59,659 nucleotides of DNA, taken from Clostridia bacterium. GTDB taxonomy: Bacteria; Bacillota; Clostridia; Oscillospirales; CAG-272. The stretch covers positions 1 to 59,659 of the forward strand of contig JAFTMJ010000044.1 of the NCBI GenBank assembly GCA_017452475.1, written 5' to 3'. Of the stretch, positions 18,973-29,916 are shown in pieces. The position numbers and the translations under genes are program-made. Position 1 is the first letter of the stretch. Each line of letters opens with the position of its first letter. The notes beneath the pieces are model-generated. The model worked only from the letters and a program-made list of their open reading frames with translations. It made no database searches and was not told the DNA's origin.

Positions 18973-20292
18973 TTACTCCTTACCTAATACAAATTTATTG
19001 TAAAGAGGCATATAAACCTCTTTGTCACGAATAACACAACCCGGGGTTCCGCCGGGCTTACGCATAATTTCCGTACACTTGCTGCAGCAAATGCAAAGCT
19101 TCTTGGGGTCGAGGTTATTTCCGCTTGTGATAGCGTTTGCGCAATCGGGATATGCCAATGTTTCTCTGCCGTAGCCTGCCATATCAAAGCCGCCCTTTTC
19201 CATATATCCTGCGCAAACATTGGCGCTGACAGCACCAAGGAAGGAAATACCCGAGGAAATAACGGGGACATTAACCTCCTGCTTCAGCTCGGAAATACCG
19301 TCAAGCATCCTTTGCACGCCCACCATTGGATGCTCGGGTGGCTCATATCCGCCCTTAGAATATGGGCGGTTAACGTGAGGATTGAAGTATGGGTTGCCCA
19401 TTGTCATATCAATCATATCAATGCCGTTTTCCTCAAGCTTCTTAATGAGCATTTTGGATTCTGTAAAGTCGGGGGTAATTCCACAGCCCTCTTTTACGGC
19501 AAAGCCGTAGGGATACTCGAAGCCGTCATAAACATTCAAGCGGGAGGTGATGATAAAGTCCTTGCCTGTCAGTACCTTTGCGTCCTTAACCGCGCCTGTT
19601 AAAAGGCGGGTACGGTTTTCAAAGCTACCGCCATAGCGACCCCGGCGGTTATAAGCTGACAAAATTTCGCTGAGCAAATACCTGTGGCAGCTCTTAATAT
19701 CTGCACCGTCAAAGCCAAGCTCCTTTGCAATAACTGCGTTTTTAACAAGTGCCTCGTGAAGGGTGTCAAGATATTCATCGGTTACAATCCTTGACTTGTC
19801 AATAGGATTGTCCTTTTCAAAAATCGGATTGTTGTACGCAATAAGGGGGGCAGGGGTACCCTCGGGCTTAGAATATCTGCCTGAATGGGTGAGCTGAATT
19901 ACAACAATCGGCTCAAAGCCGTTTGCTTTAATGCCCTCCTCCTTTATGTCATTAACGATTCTTTTAAAATCATCCCTTGTTTTGTCGGTTAAGTACATTT
20001 GGCGTGGGTTGGCGCGACCCTCACCTAAAACAGCGGTAGCCTCGAACCAAATTAAGCCTGCGCCGCCACGGGCGAAACGGAGATACCTGCGCCTTGTTAA
20101 TTCATCCGGAGCGCCGTCAAACGTGCCGTCGCAGCCCTCCATTGCTTGATATACAATTCTATTATGTATGGTTTTGCCGCCAACAACTATTTCCTTATTA
20201 AAAACGGATAAGTCCTCGGAATAAGGGAAGGTGGTGCCGCTTTCCTCACATAGCTTTAAAAAAGCCTCTTTGCTTTGTGGAACATTTGCCAT
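18973..20292 (-). CDS. NADH:flavin oxidoreductase (Old Yellow Enzyme family) with C-terminal Cys cluster
   Basis: NRIVYQAMEG, GGAGLIW.EA, QLTHSGR, YGGSFENR, CICCSKC...C. Confidence 0.85.
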   Translation of the reverse strand: MANVPQSKEAFLKLCEESGTTFPYSEDLSVFNKEIVVGGKTIHNRIVYQAMEGCDGTFDGAPDELTRRRYLRFARGGAGLIWFEATAVLGEGRANPRQMYLTDKTRDDFKRIVNDIKEEGIKANGFEPIVVIQLTHSGRYSKPEGTPAPLIAYNNPIFEKDNPIDKSRIVTDEYLDTLHEALVKNAVIAKELGFDGADIKSCHRYLLSEILSAYNRRGRYGGSFENRTRLLTGAVKDAKVLTGKDFIITSRLNVYDGFEYPYGFAVKEGCGITPDFTESKMLIKKLEENGIDMIDMTMGNPYFNPHVNRPYSKGGYEPPEHPMVGVQRMLDGISELKQEVNVPVISSGISFLGAVSANVCAGYMEKGGFDMAGYGRETLAYPDCANAITSGNNLDPKKLCICCSKCTEIMRKPGGTPGCVIRDKEVYMPLYNKFVLGKE

Positions 20293-20390
20293 AAGATAGC
20301 CTCCTACTTAAGTATAATTATCTAATTTTAATATTATCATATTATAAATGAAAAGTCAATAAATAATGGATAGTTTTGCCGCTAAAAGCC

Positions 20391-20419
20391 TTGACAAACA
20401 AGTAATTTTGTGCCAAAAT
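20391..20419 (+). promoter_or_regulatory. Candidate sigma-A promoter (a divergent TTGACT-17-TAATAT lies on the minus strand at 20331-20359)
   Basis: TTGACA-17 nt-CAAAAT with extended TG. Confidence 0.5.
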
Positions 20420-20455
20420 AGATATGTAAAAATATGCTATTAGCGAGGTAATGAA

Positions 20456-21469
20456 ATGAAGGCTATTTTTTTGGCTAACAACAAAGGTAATATTGACTAT
20501 GTTTATCCTAAGGCAACGCAGGAAAGAATTAAGAGCTTAATTGATATAGATTTGGACAAGGTTTACTGTCAGGAGGATCTTGAATCAAATCCTGACGCTT
20601 TCGGCGAAGTTGAGTATATCTTTTCAACCTGGTCAATGCCGGGAGGAAATGAGGACAAGGATGACTTTGCGCGCTTTTTCCCTAATGCTAAGGCGCTTTT
20701 TTATGCGGCGGGAAGTGTAAAATATTTTGCGCAGCATTATTTTGACAAGAATATTAGAATTTTCAGCGCCTTTGCGGCAAATGCGGTGCCTGTTGCAGAG
20801 TTTACAGTTGCGCAGATTCTGCTTGCAAACAAGGGCTATTACCAAGCATTGCGCTCATTTAAGTCTGCCGAGGATTATAAGGCGGCAGGAGATATTTCAA
20901 GGGCGCACGCGGGCAATTACAGCACCAAGGTTGGTATTGTGGGCGCAGGCATGATAGGCAAAAAGGTGATTGAGCTTTTAAAGCCATATAAGCTTGACAT
21001 TATGATTTACGATATTTTCGTAAGCGCAGAAAGGGCGCAGGAGCTGGGCGGCACCAAGGTTGACACCCTTGAGGAGCTTTTTGAAACCTGTGATGTTGTT
21101 TCCAATCACTTGGCAAATGTGCCTGCAACCGTTGGCGCATTTAAGGGCGAGTATTTTGAAAAAATGAAGAAAAACAGCACATTTATAAACACAGGCAGAG
21201 GCGCGCAGGTTGATGAGGCCGGAATGCTTGCGGCACTGAAAAAACGCCCTGACGTGTCTGCAATTCTTGATGTTACCATTGAAGAGCCGCCAACAAATAA
21301 GGAGTTTTACGAGCTTGAAAATGTGTTCCTAACTCCACACATTGCAGGCAGCCAGGCAAACGAGGTTGCAAGGATGAGCGAAATGGTTGTTGATCAATTT
21401 GAAAACTTGCTTAAGGGCTTGCCCACACAGTATGAGATAACGGAAAAAATGCTTGCAACAATGGCTTGA
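20456..21469 (+). CDS. D-isomer-specific 2-hydroxyacid dehydrogenase
   Basis: GAGMIG, INTGRG, LDVT..EP, TPHIAG. Confidence 0.9.
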   Translation: MKAIFLANNKGNIDYVYPKATQERIKSLIDIDLDKVYCQEDLESNPDAFGEVEYIFSTWSMPGGNEDKDDFARFFPNAKALFYAAGSVKYFAQHYFDKNIRIFSAFAANAVPVAEFTVAQILLANKGYYQALRSFKSAEDYKAAGDISRAHAGNYSTKVGIVGAGMIGKKVIELLKPYKLDIMIYDIFVSAERAQELGGTKVDTLEELFETCDVVSNHLANVPATVGAFKGEYFEKMKKNSTFINTGRGAQVDEAGMLAALKKRPDVSAILDVTIEEPPTNKEFYELENVFLTPHIAGSQANEVARMSEMVVDQFENLLKGLPTQYEITEKMLATMA

Positions 21470-21637
21470 TTTTTCCACTGCACAGTGGAAAAAGCGTTGA
21501 CCCTGTGTCGATAAAACAGAAAGTTGTGAGTTTATTTAGAAATACTGCTAAATAGTGAAAAGTAAACACTCCCTTAAGGATTTTCCTAAAAGGGAGTGTA
21601 TTTTTATTAAAAAGGAGAGATGATACAACAAAAAAGA

Positions 21638-21661
21638 AAAGCGGTTCGAAAGAACCGCTTT
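21638..21661 (-). terminator. Intrinsic terminator
   Basis: AAAGCGGTTC-gaaa-GAACCGCTTT with A-tract on the left. Confidence 0.7.
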
Positions 21662-21668
21662 AAAATGC

Positions 21669-22670
21669 TTATTTTGCTTCGCCTTCGTTTATAACAGCTT
21701 TATCTGTGCTAGACGCTTCAGCAACGGGAGCTTCCTTTACTGCATCAGCAGAAGCTTCGCTTGCTCCCTTATTGCTTGAGGAGTGGTGACGGTGGCGATG
21801 ATGCCTGCCACTGTCAGACTCGTCCTTGCTGATAATATACTTCATTGTTTGCTGCATTGCAAATAGCTTTGAAAGGGCATATATGCCAAGGGCAGCCGCC
21901 AAGAAGATTTCAAACTCGGAAATAGAAACCTCGCTTAAATATCCCAGGAACTGCGCGGACATAATGGAGCCCACGATTGCAATGGAGTATATGAACATTA
22001 TTAAGGAAGAAATCATATACGCCTTGTGGCCTGTGCCGAAAATTTCAAACCTGCTCTCAAACAGGAAGAAAACTGTCAAAGCAATGTAGTAAAAAACAAA
22101 AATAATTTTGAAAAGGTTTGTGGTTGCCAAGCCGTTGAAGAAATAGATGCTTGCAATACCGAGGATGCACCAAATAACGGTACAAACTGCGGTGAAGGGC
22201 TTGACCCACTTTGGAATCTCAATCTTTTTATGCTTTATCTTCTTCGGCAAAATGCCTATAACAAGATAAACAATAAACTGAACAAAAACGAGAAGGCGAA
22301 GTGTTTTGAAAAGCTTGCTCTGCGTAGAGAAGGAAAGGGCAGGCTGGTCAACAAACTTCAAAAAGTCGTACAAAAACAGGGCGATTGCAAGGATAGCAAC
22401 CAAGAGGGTTGCAAACTTTGAAAAGCCGGAGGACTTTTTAAGCCTTTTGATTTGCGGCGCTTCAACCTTTACTGAAAAATAAATTGCTGTAGCCAATGAA
22501 GCTACGATAAAAATAATTGCAAAGATTGGAATAACATTGGCAAAGTCAATACTAACTGTGTAGCTGTTATAGTAGTTAATCATGGTGATTAAACCGAAAA
22601 TCAAGCTAACCAAGGACAGTGTGATGACAATTGGCAAAAACTTTTTAAACAGATTATATGCTTTTTCCAT
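21669..22670 (-). CDS. Hypothetical polytopic membrane protein with His/Arg-rich C-terminal tail
   Basis: ~8 hydrophobic segments, then GRHHRHRHHSSS and an Ala/Ser/Glu-rich tail. Confidence 0.7.
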   Translation of the reverse strand: MEKAYNLFKKFLPIVITLSLVSLIFGLITMINYYNSYTVSIDFANVIPIFAIIFIVASLATAIYFSVKVEAPQIKRLKKSSGFSKFATLLVAILAIALFLYDFLKFVDQPALSFSTQSKLFKTLRLLVFVQFIVYLVIGILPKKIKHKKIEIPKWVKPFTAVCTVIWCILGIASIYFFNGLATTNLFKIIFVFYYIALTVFFLFESRFEIFGTGHKAYMISSLIMFIYSIAIVGSIMSAQFLGYLSEVSISEFEIFLAAALGIYALSKLFAMQQTMKYIISKDESDSGRHHRHRHHSSSNKGASEASADAVKEAPVAEASSTDKAVINEGEAK

Positions 22671-22857
22671 TGAAGGGTCCTTTCTATGCTTGGAAGTGTA
22701 CCAAGATATATTTCTTTTGATAGTTTAACACAATAACAGGGAAAAATCAAGTAAAAAACAAAAATACTTGTTTTTTTATTTTTTATTCAAAAGCGGTTGA
22801 CTATTTGAAAAAAGTTTGTTACTATAAAGACATAAAAGTATAAAAGGAGACAAAAAT

Positions 22858-23565
22858 ATGCTTGAACAGCTTAAAAAAGAGGTTTACGAGGCTAATATGA
22901 TGCTCGTAAAATACAATTTAATTACATTTACTTGGGGTAATGTCAGCGGCATTGACCGTGAAAGCGGGCTTGTTGTAATTAAGCCATCCGGCGTTGAGTA
23001 TGATGAGCTTACCCCTGATATGCTCCCTGTTGTTGATTTGGACGGTAATGTTGTGGAGGGTACCCTTAAGCCATCCTCTGATACCCCAACACACTTGGAA
23101 TTGTACAAGGCATATCCCGAAATAGGCGGTGTTACCCATACACACTCTCCTTGGGCAACTATCTATGCACAGGCGGGCAGGGGGATTACCCCCTACGGTA
23201 CAACCCACGCGGACTATTTCGGAACAACCATCCCTTGCACACGCAAGATGACAGAGGCGGAAATAAAGGGTAAGTACGAAAAGGAAACGGGAACGGTTGT
23301 TCTTGAGGCAATAAAGGATATAGGGGCAGAGCAGATGCACGCAGCACTTGTTCATTCCCACGGTCCGTTCACATGGGGCAAGGATGCCAAGTCCTCTGTT
23401 GAGGCGGCGGTTGTTCTTGAGCAGGTTGCCATGATGTCATATAACACAGAAATGCTAATGCTACAAGCAAACGGCAAGACTGAAAGGATGCAGGAGGTGC
23501 TTTTACGTAAGCATTACGATAGGAAGCACGGTCCAAATGCATATTACGGACAGGGCAAAAAATAA
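22858..23565 (+). CDS. araD: L-ribulose-5-phosphate 4-epimerase (class II aldolase family)
   Basis: [35 protein letters not shown]. Confidence 0.9.
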   Translation: MLEQLKKEVYEANMMLVKYNLITFTWGNVSGIDRESGLVVIKPSGVEYDELTPDMLPVVDLDGNVVEGTLKPSSDTPTHLELYKAYPEIGGVTHTHSPWATIYAQAGRGITPYGTTHADYFGTTIPCTRKMTEAEIKGKYEKETGTVVLEAIKDIGAEQMHAALVHSHGPFTWGKDAKSSVEAAVVLEQVAMMSYNTEMLMLQANGKTERMQEVLLRKHYDRKHGPNAYYGQGKK

Positions 23566-23578
23566 ATAGCAATTCATC

Positions 23579-23604
23579 AAAAGGGCGCGTTAAGCGCCCT
23601 TTTT
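23579..23604 (+). terminator. Intrinsic terminator after araD
   Basis: AAAAGGGCGC-gttaa-GCGCCCTTTTT. Confidence 0.8.
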
Positions 23605-23678
23605 CAGTTAAAATAAGAGAATATATGTGAACTTTTTGTAAAATGATGCAATTTGAAGGAAACAAAAAATCAAAAATC

Positions 23679-23706
23679 TTGACAAAAACAAAAATTCATA
23701 TATAAT
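23679..23706 (+). promoter_or_regulatory. Distal sigma-A promoter candidate upstream of the S10 operon
   Basis: TTGACA-16 nt-TATAAT. Confidence 0.55.
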
Positions 23707-23919
23707 ATCCAATATATAATTAAAAGGAAGAAATTTTTCAAAGCGTTGAAAATGCGCATTTGTGCAAGTATACAAAGTTTTAGTTAAAAAAAGGACTTTT
23801 AAGGCTTAAATTTAGTTTAAAACAGGGAAAATTGCTTAAATTGTTGTGCAAAATATACAAAAACCTAACTGAAATTTGCATTTGCCGAAAATGATTTTGA
23901 CAAAATTTGAAAAAAATTC

Positions 23920-23948
23920 TTGACAAGCCCTTATATATATGATAAAAT
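23920..23948 (+). promoter_or_regulatory. Proximal sigma-A promoter of the S10 operon
   Basis: TTGACA-17 nt-TAAAAT, extended TG, AT-rich upstream sequence. Confidence 0.75.
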
Positions 23949-23954
23949 GTTCGT

Positions 23955-24228
23955 GCTTAGCGTGCGACGAAGCGAGAGGTTGCCGTAAATGCATAACTGC
24001 TATGGCATTTGCGGGGAATTTTCGTGGAGCATGTTGGATTCACATGGCAGCAAAATGCAGCCGAGTGCGTCTTCCTTCAGCGTATAGCTGATAAAGATCA
24101 CCGCTTGCATTACCCCGAACCTAAGAGTTGCATGGTTCGGTTTTGTTAAGTGGGTGAAGGAAACACACGGGACGGTGTAAAAGCGAATGTCCCCGTCACA
24201 TTTCTAATTAATAAGGAGGAAAAGCAAG
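23955..24228 (+). promoter_or_regulatory. Structured S10 5' leader (ribosomal leader candidate)
   Basis: GC-richer ~275 nt UTR with stems CCGTAAATGC/GCATTTGCGG, CCGAACC/GGTTCGG and GGGAC/GTCCC. Confidence 0.55.
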
Positions 24229-24540
24229 ATGGCAGTAAGTGAGAAGATCAGAGTAAGAGTTAAGGGCTACGACCACAAGTTGGTTGACGCTACCGCTGAA
24301 AAGATCGTAAATGCAGCTAAGGAAAACGGCGCACAGGTATCCGGTCCTATTCCGCTTCCAACTGAGAAGGAGATTGTTACAATCCTTCGTGCAGTTCACA
24401 AGTACAAGGACAGCCGTGAGCAGTTCGAACAGCGCACACACAAGAGACTTATTGAGATCGTTAAGCCTTCCAAGAAGGTTGCAGACGCAATAATGACTCT
24501 TGAGCTCCCTGCAGGCGTTGATATTGAAGTTAAGCTTTAA
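24229..24540 (+). CDS. rpsJ: 30S ribosomal protein S10
   Basis: [18 protein letters not shown]. Confidence 0.98.
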   Translation: MAVSEKIRVRVKGYDHKLVDATAEKIVNAAKENGAQVSGPIPLPTEKEIVTILRAVHKYKDSREQFEQRTHKRLIEIVKPSKKVADAIMTLELPAGVDIEVKL

Positions 24541-24709
24541 TCTCAAAAATCGCAGGAAATTCAGCCAAGCCTCACCGTACAGTAGACAAGTACCAAAGTT
24601 ACTCACGGTACAAAAGCTATGATGACGGCAGGGTCATGTTGATGCAGTCGGCGGCTACGACAAATTCAAGGCATCAACCAATAACCTAAATTTAATGGAG
24701 GAAAGCAAA

Positions 24710-25342
24710 ATGAAAAAGGGTATTATCGGTAAGAAGCTCGGTATGACACAGATCTTTGCTGACAACGGTGCAGTAATTCCTGTAACAGTTATCGAGGCCG
24801 GTCCTTGCGTAGTTTGTCAGAAGAAAACTACCGAAACAGATGGATACGAAGCTATCCAGGTTGGATACGAGGATGTATCCGCAAAGCACACAAACAAGCC
24901 AGCTAAGGGACACTTTGCTAAGGCAGGTGTTGATGCAAAGAAGCATCTCAAGGAGTTCAGACTTGAAGACACAGCTAAGTACAACGTAGGCGATGTAATA
25001 GCAGCCGATACCTTCGCAGCAGGCGAAAAGGTCGACATCACAGGCATTACAAAGGGCCACGGTTACTCAGGTGCTGTTAAGAGATGGGGTCACCACATGC
25101 TTCAGGCTACACACGGTACAGGTCCTATCCACAGACAGGTTGGTTCAATGGGTGCTAACTCAACACCATCAAGAGTGTTTAAGAACAAGAAAATGGCAGG
25201 TCAGTACGGTAACGAGAAGTTAACAGTACTCAACCTTGAAGTAGTTAAAGTTGACGCAGAGAAGAACCTTATCGCAGTTAAGGGTGCCGTTCCCGGCGCT
25301 CGCGGCGGTATCGTTGTTATCCGCGACAGCGTAAAAGCATAA
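24710..25342 (+). CDS. rplC: 50S ribosomal protein L3
   Basis: [14 protein letters not shown]; start reset to the ATG behind GGAGG. Confidence 0.97.
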   Translation: MKKGIIGKKLGMTQIFADNGAVIPVTVIEAGPCVVCQKKTTETDGYEAIQVGYEDVSAKHTNKPAKGHFAKAGVDAKKHLKEFRLEDTAKYNVGDVIAADTFAAGEKVDITGITKGHGYSGAVKRWGHHMLQATHGTGPIHRQVGSMGANSTPSRVFKNKKMAGQYGNEKLTVLNLEVVKVDAEKNLIAVKGAVPGARGGIVVIRDSVKA

Positions 25343-25360
25343 GTTAAGGAGGAATAAACG

Positions 25361-25984
25361 ATGCCAAGTATTAATGTAGTTAATATGGCCGGTGCTAAGG
25401 TTGGTGAAATGACACTTTCCGATGTAGTATTCGGTGCAGAAGTAAACGAGGCTGTCCTCCACGCTGCAGTGAGAGCATACCTTCTCAATCAGAGACAGGG
25501 TACACAGTCCACACTTACAAGAAGTGAGGTTTCCGGTGGCGGTAGAAAGCCATGGAAGCAAAAGGGCACAGGTAGAGCAAGACAGGGCTCAACAAGATCT
25601 CCACAGTGGACACACGGTGGTATCGCACTTGGTCCAAAGCCACGCTCATACACCACAAAGCTCAACAAGAAGGTAAAGAGAATTGCTATGTTCAGCGCAC
25701 TCAGCGCTAAGGTAGCAGGCAATGAAATGGTTGTTGTTGATGCAATCGCTTGCGAAAGCTACAAGACCAAGGTTATGGTTGATATGCTCAGCGCTGTGAA
25801 TGCAGGCAGAAAGACACTCGTTGTTCTTGACGGTCCATGCGACACAGTTATTAAGAGCCTTGCAAACATTGCAGGTGTTAAGGTAGCTTACACAAATACA
25901 CTTAACGTATACGACATTCTTAACTGCAATACAATCGTATTTGCTAAGAGTGCAGTAGAAAAATTAGAGGAGGTTTACGCATAA
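25361..25984 (+). CDS. rplD: 50S ribosomal protein L4
   Basis: [15 protein letters not shown]. Confidence 0.98.
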   Translation: MPSINVVNMAGAKVGEMTLSDVVFGAEVNEAVLHAAVRAYLLNQRQGTQSTLTRSEVSGGGRKPWKQKGTGRARQGSTRSPQWTHGGIALGPKPRSYTTKLNKKVKRIAMFSALSAKVAGNEMVVVDAIACESYKTKVMVDMLSAVNAGRKTLVVLDGPCDTVIKSLANIAGVKVAYTNTLNVYDILNCNTIVFAKSAVEKLEEVYA

Positions 25985-26277
25985 TGAAATTTGCTCAGGA
26001 CATAATCCTCAAACCAGTAATCACAGAAAAGTCCATGGATGGTATCGCAGCTAAGAGATACACATTCAAGGTTGCAGCAGACGCAACAAAGCCTGAGATT
26101 GCAAAGGCAGTTGAAGAGCTTTTCGACGTTAAGGTTGCAAAGGTTAATACAATTAATATGAAGAAAAAACCAAAGAGAATGGGTTACCACTTCGGCTACA
26201 CAGCTGAATGGAAGAAGGCTATCGTAACACTCGATGCTTCTTCTAAGGAAATCGAATTCTTCAACGGTTTGAACTAA
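25984..26277 (+). CDS. rplW: 50S ribosomal protein L23
   Basis: PVITEKS, WKKAIV; operon position. Confidence 0.97.
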   Translation: MKFAQDIILKPVITEKSMDGIAAKRYTFKVAADATKPEIAKAVEELFDVKVAKVNTINMKKKPKRMGYHFGYTAEWKKAIVTLDASSKEIEFFNGLN

Positions 26278-26297
26278 TTAGTGGGAGGTAAGTTCAA

Positions 26298-27125
26298 ATG
26301 GCAACAATGAAATATAAGCCCACCACACCCTCAAGAAGACATATGTCTGTTGCTTCTTTTGAGGAAGTAACAAAGTTCTCTCCTGAGAAGAGCCTCATTG
26401 AGGTTAAGAAAAAGCACTCAGGCCGTAACAGCTACGGTAAGATCACAGTTCGTCATCAGGGTGGCGGAAACAAGCAGAAATACAGAATTATCGACTTCAA
26501 GAGAGAAGAAGGCAAGGCAACTGTTATCGGTGTTGAATATGACCCTAACAGAACCTCCTACATTGCACTTCTCCAAAATGAAGAAGGCAAGAAGAGCTAT
26601 GTAATCGCTCCTCTCGGTGTTACAGACGGCGACGTTCTTTACTCCGGTGCAGACGCTGATATTAAGCCGGGTAACACACTTCCTATTGAGAACATCCCAG
26701 TAGGTACAATCATCCACAATATTGAGCTTTACCCAGGCAAGGGCGGTCAGCTTGTTCGTACAGCCGGTGCTCAGGCTCAGCTTATGGCTAAGGAAAACGG
26801 TATGGCTCAGGTTAGACTTCCATCCGGTGAGGTTAGACTTGTAAGACTTGACTGTAAGGCAACAATCGGTCAGATCGGTAACATCGAGCATGATACTGTT
26901 AAGATCGGTAAGGCCGGTAAGACACGTCATATGGGCATCCGTCCTACAGTACGCGGTTCCGTAATGAACCCATGCGATCACCCACACGGTGGTGGTGAAG
27001 GTAAGTCTCCTGTTGGTCGTCCGGGCCCTGTTACTCCTTGGGGTAAGCCGGCTCTTGGTTATAAGACCAGAAATAAGAAGGCAAGAACCAACAAGTACAT
27101 CGTTAGACGCAGAAACGGTAGATAA
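26298..27125 (+). CDS. rplB: 50S ribosomal protein L2
   Basis: [17 protein letters not shown]. Confidence 0.98.
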   Translation: MATMKYKPTTPSRRHMSVASFEEVTKFSPEKSLIEVKKKHSGRNSYGKITVRHQGGGNKQKYRIIDFKREEGKATVIGVEYDPNRTSYIALLQNEEGKKSYVIAPLGVTDGDVLYSGADADIKPGNTLPIENIPVGTIIHNIELYPGKGGQLVRTAGAQAQLMAKENGMAQVRLPSGEVRLVRLDCKATIGQIGNIEHDTVKIGKAGKTRHMGIRPTVRGSVMNPCDHPHGGGEGKSPVGRPGPVTPWGKPALGYKTRNKKARTNKYIVRRRNGR

Positions 27126-27139
27126 GGGGGAAAAGAATA

Positions 27140-27421
27140 ATGAGCAGAAGTTTGAAAAAAGCGCCTTATGTAGAAGAAAAGCTCTACAATCGTGTATGTG
27201 CTATGAACGAAAAGGGCGAAAAGAAAGTTTTGAAGACCTGGTCACGTTCTTCAACAATATTCCCAGAATTTGTTGGACACACTATCGCTGTTCATGACGG
27301 TAGAAAGCATGTTCCGGTATATGTTACTGAGGATATGGTAGGCCACAAGCTTGGAGAGTTCGCTCTTACAAGAACATTCAAGGGTCACGCAGGATCAAAA
27401 ACATCAAATAACGGTAAATAA
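27140..27421 (+). CDS. rpsS: 30S ribosomal protein S19
   Basis: [14 protein letters not shown]. Confidence 0.98.
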   Translation: MSRSLKKAPYVEEKLYNRVCAMNEKGEKKVLKTWSRSSTIFPEFVGHTIAVHDGRKHVPVYVTEDMVGHKLGEFALTRTFKGHAGSKTSNNGK

Positions 27422-27433
27422 TAGGAGATAACA

Positions 27434-27781
27434 ATGGAAGCTAAAGTAGCAAATGCATACCTTTACGACGTTCGCATTGCTCCCCGTAAGGTTCAAATAG
27501 TTCTTGACCTCGTTCGTGGCAAGGATGTTGAAATGGCGGCAGCTATTCTTAAGAACACACCTAAGAGAGGCGCTGATATCGTAGCTCAGGTTCTTAAGAG
27601 TGCAGTAGCAAATGCTGAGAATAATCACGGTATGGATAAATCAAAACTTTATGTTGCAAAGTGCTTTGTAACACCCGGTAGCCATATGCTCAAGAGAGTT
27701 ATGCCAAGAGGTAAGGGAAGCGCTAACAGAATTTTAAAGAGAACCAGCCACATCACAGTATGTGTAGCTGAGAAGGAATAA
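27434..27781 (+). CDS. rplV: 50S ribosomal protein L22
   Basis: RIAPRK, SAVANAENN, KRTSHI. Confidence 0.97.
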   Translation: MEAKVANAYLYDVRIAPRKVQIVLDLVRGKDVEMAAAILKNTPKRGADIVAQVLKSAVANAENNHGMDKSKLYVAKCFVTPGSHMLKRVMPRGKGSANRILKRTSHITVCVAEKE

Positions 27782-27794
27782 GGAGGGCTGAATA

Positions 27795-28559
27795 ATGGGA
27801 CAGAAGGTTAATCCACATGGTTTGCGTGTTGGCGTAATCAAGAACTGGGATTCAAGATGGTATGTTTCTGACGAAAAGTTCGGCGATACTCTTGTTTCCG
27901 ACTATAACTTGAGAGAATTCCTTAAGGAAAAGCTCTTCAACGCAGGCGTTTCCAAGATTGAGATCGAAAGAGACTCTAAGGAAACAGTTAAGGTAATCAT
28001 CCACTGCGCAAAGCCGGGTATGATTATCGGTAAGCAGGGTGCTGAAATCGAAAACCTCCGCAAGGATGTTGAGAAGGTAACCGGCAAGAAGGCAGTTGTA
28101 AATGTAGTAGAGGTTAAGCCAGTTGACCTTGACGCTCAGCTCGTTGCTGAAAACATTTGCAGCCAGCTTGAAAGAAGAATTGCATTCCGTCGTGCTATGA
28201 AGCAGGCTATCGGCAGAACAATGAAGCTTGGTGCAAAGGGTATCAAGATTTCTTGCAGCGGCCGTTTGGCAGGTGCTGAAATCGCTCGTACAGAGCATTA
28301 CCATGACGGTACTATTCCGCTTCAGACAATCAGAGCCGACATTGACTACGGTTTCTGGGAAGCAAACACAACATACGGTAAGATCGGTGTTAAGGTTTGG
28401 ATCTACAAGGGCGAGGTTCTCAATGTAGTTAACAAGACAACTGCTGAAAAGAACGACAGACCGAGAAGAAGATTCAACAAGGATAACAAGGGTGAGGGCC
28501 GTAACAATACACGTAGAGCTCCAAGAGCTCCTAGAAAGACTGAAGGAGGCGAACACTAA
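27795..28559 (+). CDS. rpsC: 30S ribosomal protein S3
   Basis: [21 protein letters not shown]. Confidence 0.98.
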   Translation: MGQKVNPHGLRVGVIKNWDSRWYVSDEKFGDTLVSDYNLREFLKEKLFNAGVSKIEIERDSKETVKVIIHCAKPGMIIGKQGAEIENLRKDVEKVTGKKAVVNVVEVKPVDLDAQLVAENICSQLERRIAFRRAMKQAIGRTMKLGAKGIKISCSGRLAGAEIARTEHYHDGTIPLQTIRADIDYGFWEANTTYGKIGVKVWIYKGEVLNVVNKTTAEKNDRPRRRFNKDNKGEGRNNTRRAPRAPRKTEGGEH

Positions 28560-28987
28560 TGTTAATGCCAAAGAGAGTTAAGTACAGACGTGTTCAGAGA
28601 GGCCGCCTTACAGGTAAGGCTTTGAGAGGTAACAAGGTAACAAACGGTGAATACGGTTTGGTTGCTATGGAACCTGCTTGGATCACTGCAAATCAGATTG
28701 AAGCAGCACGTATTGCTATGACAAGATACATCCGTCGTGGCGGTCAGGTTTGGATTAAGATATTCCCTGACAAACCAATCACAGAAAAGCCAGCTGAAAC
28801 TCGAATGGGTTCCGGTAAGGGCTCACCAGAGTACTGGGTAGCCGTTGTTAAGCCGGGCAGAGTAATGTTCGAGATGGACGGCGTTTCAGAGGAAGTTGCA
28901 AGAGAGGCTATGCGTCTTGCAATGCACAAGCTCCCTATCAAATGTAAGTTTGTTAAGAAGGAGCAAAACGAGGAAGTGGAGGAATAA
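28559..28987 (+). CDS. rplP: 50S ribosomal protein L16
   Basis: [17 protein letters not shown]. Confidence 0.98.
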   Translation: MLMPKRVKYRRVQRGRLTGKALRGNKVTNGEYGLVAMEPAWITANQIEAARIAMTRYIRRGGQVWIKIFPDKPITEKPAETRMGSGKGSPEYWVAVVKPGRVMFEMDGVSEEVAREAMRLAMHKLPIKCKFVKKEQNEEVEE

Positions 28988-28990
28988 GCT

Positions 28991-29179
28991 GTGAAGGTAA
29001 CTGAAATTAGAAATTTAAGTGCTGAAGAGCTTGAGGTGAAGCTTGCAGAGCTCAAGGAAGAGCTTTTCAATCTTCGTTTCCAGCACGCAATCAACCAGCT
29101 CGAAAATCCACACAAGATAGCAGATGTTAAGAAGGACATCGCTCGTGTAAAAACAATTCTCAACGAGAAGAACGCTTAA
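28991..29179 (+). CDS. rpmC: 50S ribosomal protein L29 (GTG start)
   Basis: [16 protein letters not shown]. Confidence 0.96.
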   Translation: MKVTEIRNLSAEELEVKLAELKEELFNLRFQHAINQLENPHKIADVKKDIARVKTILNEKNA

Positions 29180-29196
29180 GTGGAGGAGAATGAGTT

Positions 29197-29457
29197 ATGA
29201 CAGAAACACGTAACCTCAGAAAAACAAGAGTTGGTATTGTTGTTAGCAACAAGATGGATAAGACAATTGTTGTAGCTGTAAGAGATAACGTAAAGCACGC
29301 TGTATACAACAAGATTGTCAAGAGAACAGCAAAGATACACGCTCATGATGAGAACAACGAGTGCTCAATCGGCGATATCGTTGAAGTAATGGAAACAAGA
29401 CCTCTTTCTAAGACAAAGAGATGGAGACTTGTTCAAATCGTAGAAAAAGTTAAATAA
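29197..29457 (+). CDS. rpsQ: 30S ribosomal protein S17
   Basis: [16 protein letters not shown]. Confidence 0.98.
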   Translation: MTETRNLRKTRVGIVVSNKMDKTIVVAVRDNVKHAVYNKIVKRTAKIHAHDENNECSIGDIVEVMETRPLSKTKRWRLVQIVEKVK

Positions 29458-29531
29458 TATAATCCTTTATGAGGGTACATTCAAAATTATGTGCCGAAAT
29501 TTAGGGAAACCTTAGTAGGAGGATAAATAAA

Positions 29532-29900
29532 GTGATTCATCAAGAAAGCAGAATGAAGGTTGCCGACAACACCGGCGCTAAGGAGCTTCTTTGCATCAGA
29601 GTTCTCGGTGGTACAGGCAGAAGATATGCCAACATCGGTGACGTTGTTGTATGCTCAGTTAAGAAGGCTGCCCCAGGCGGAGTTGTTAAGAAGGGTGACG
29701 TTGTAAAGGCTGTAATCGTTAGAAGCGCTAAGGGTGTTCGTCGTGCAGACGGCTCTTACATCAAGTTCGACGAGAACGCAGCTGTAATTATTAAAGAAGA
29801 CAAGACACCAAGAGGCACACGTATCTTTGGCCCAGTGGCAAGAGAGCTTCGTGAGAAGGAATATACAAAGATTCTTTCCTTGGCCCCTGAAGTACTTTAA
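29532..29900 (+). CDS. rplN: 50S ribosomal protein L14 (GTG start)
   Basis: [22 protein letters not shown]. Confidence 0.98.
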   Translation: MIHQESRMKVADNTGAKELLCIRVLGGTGRRYANIGDVVVCSVKKAAPGGVVKKGDVVKAVIVRSAKGVRRADGSYIKFDENAAVIIKEDKTPRGTRIFGPVARELREKEYTKILSLAPEVL

Positions 29901-29916
29901 TTGGAGGTAAATAATA

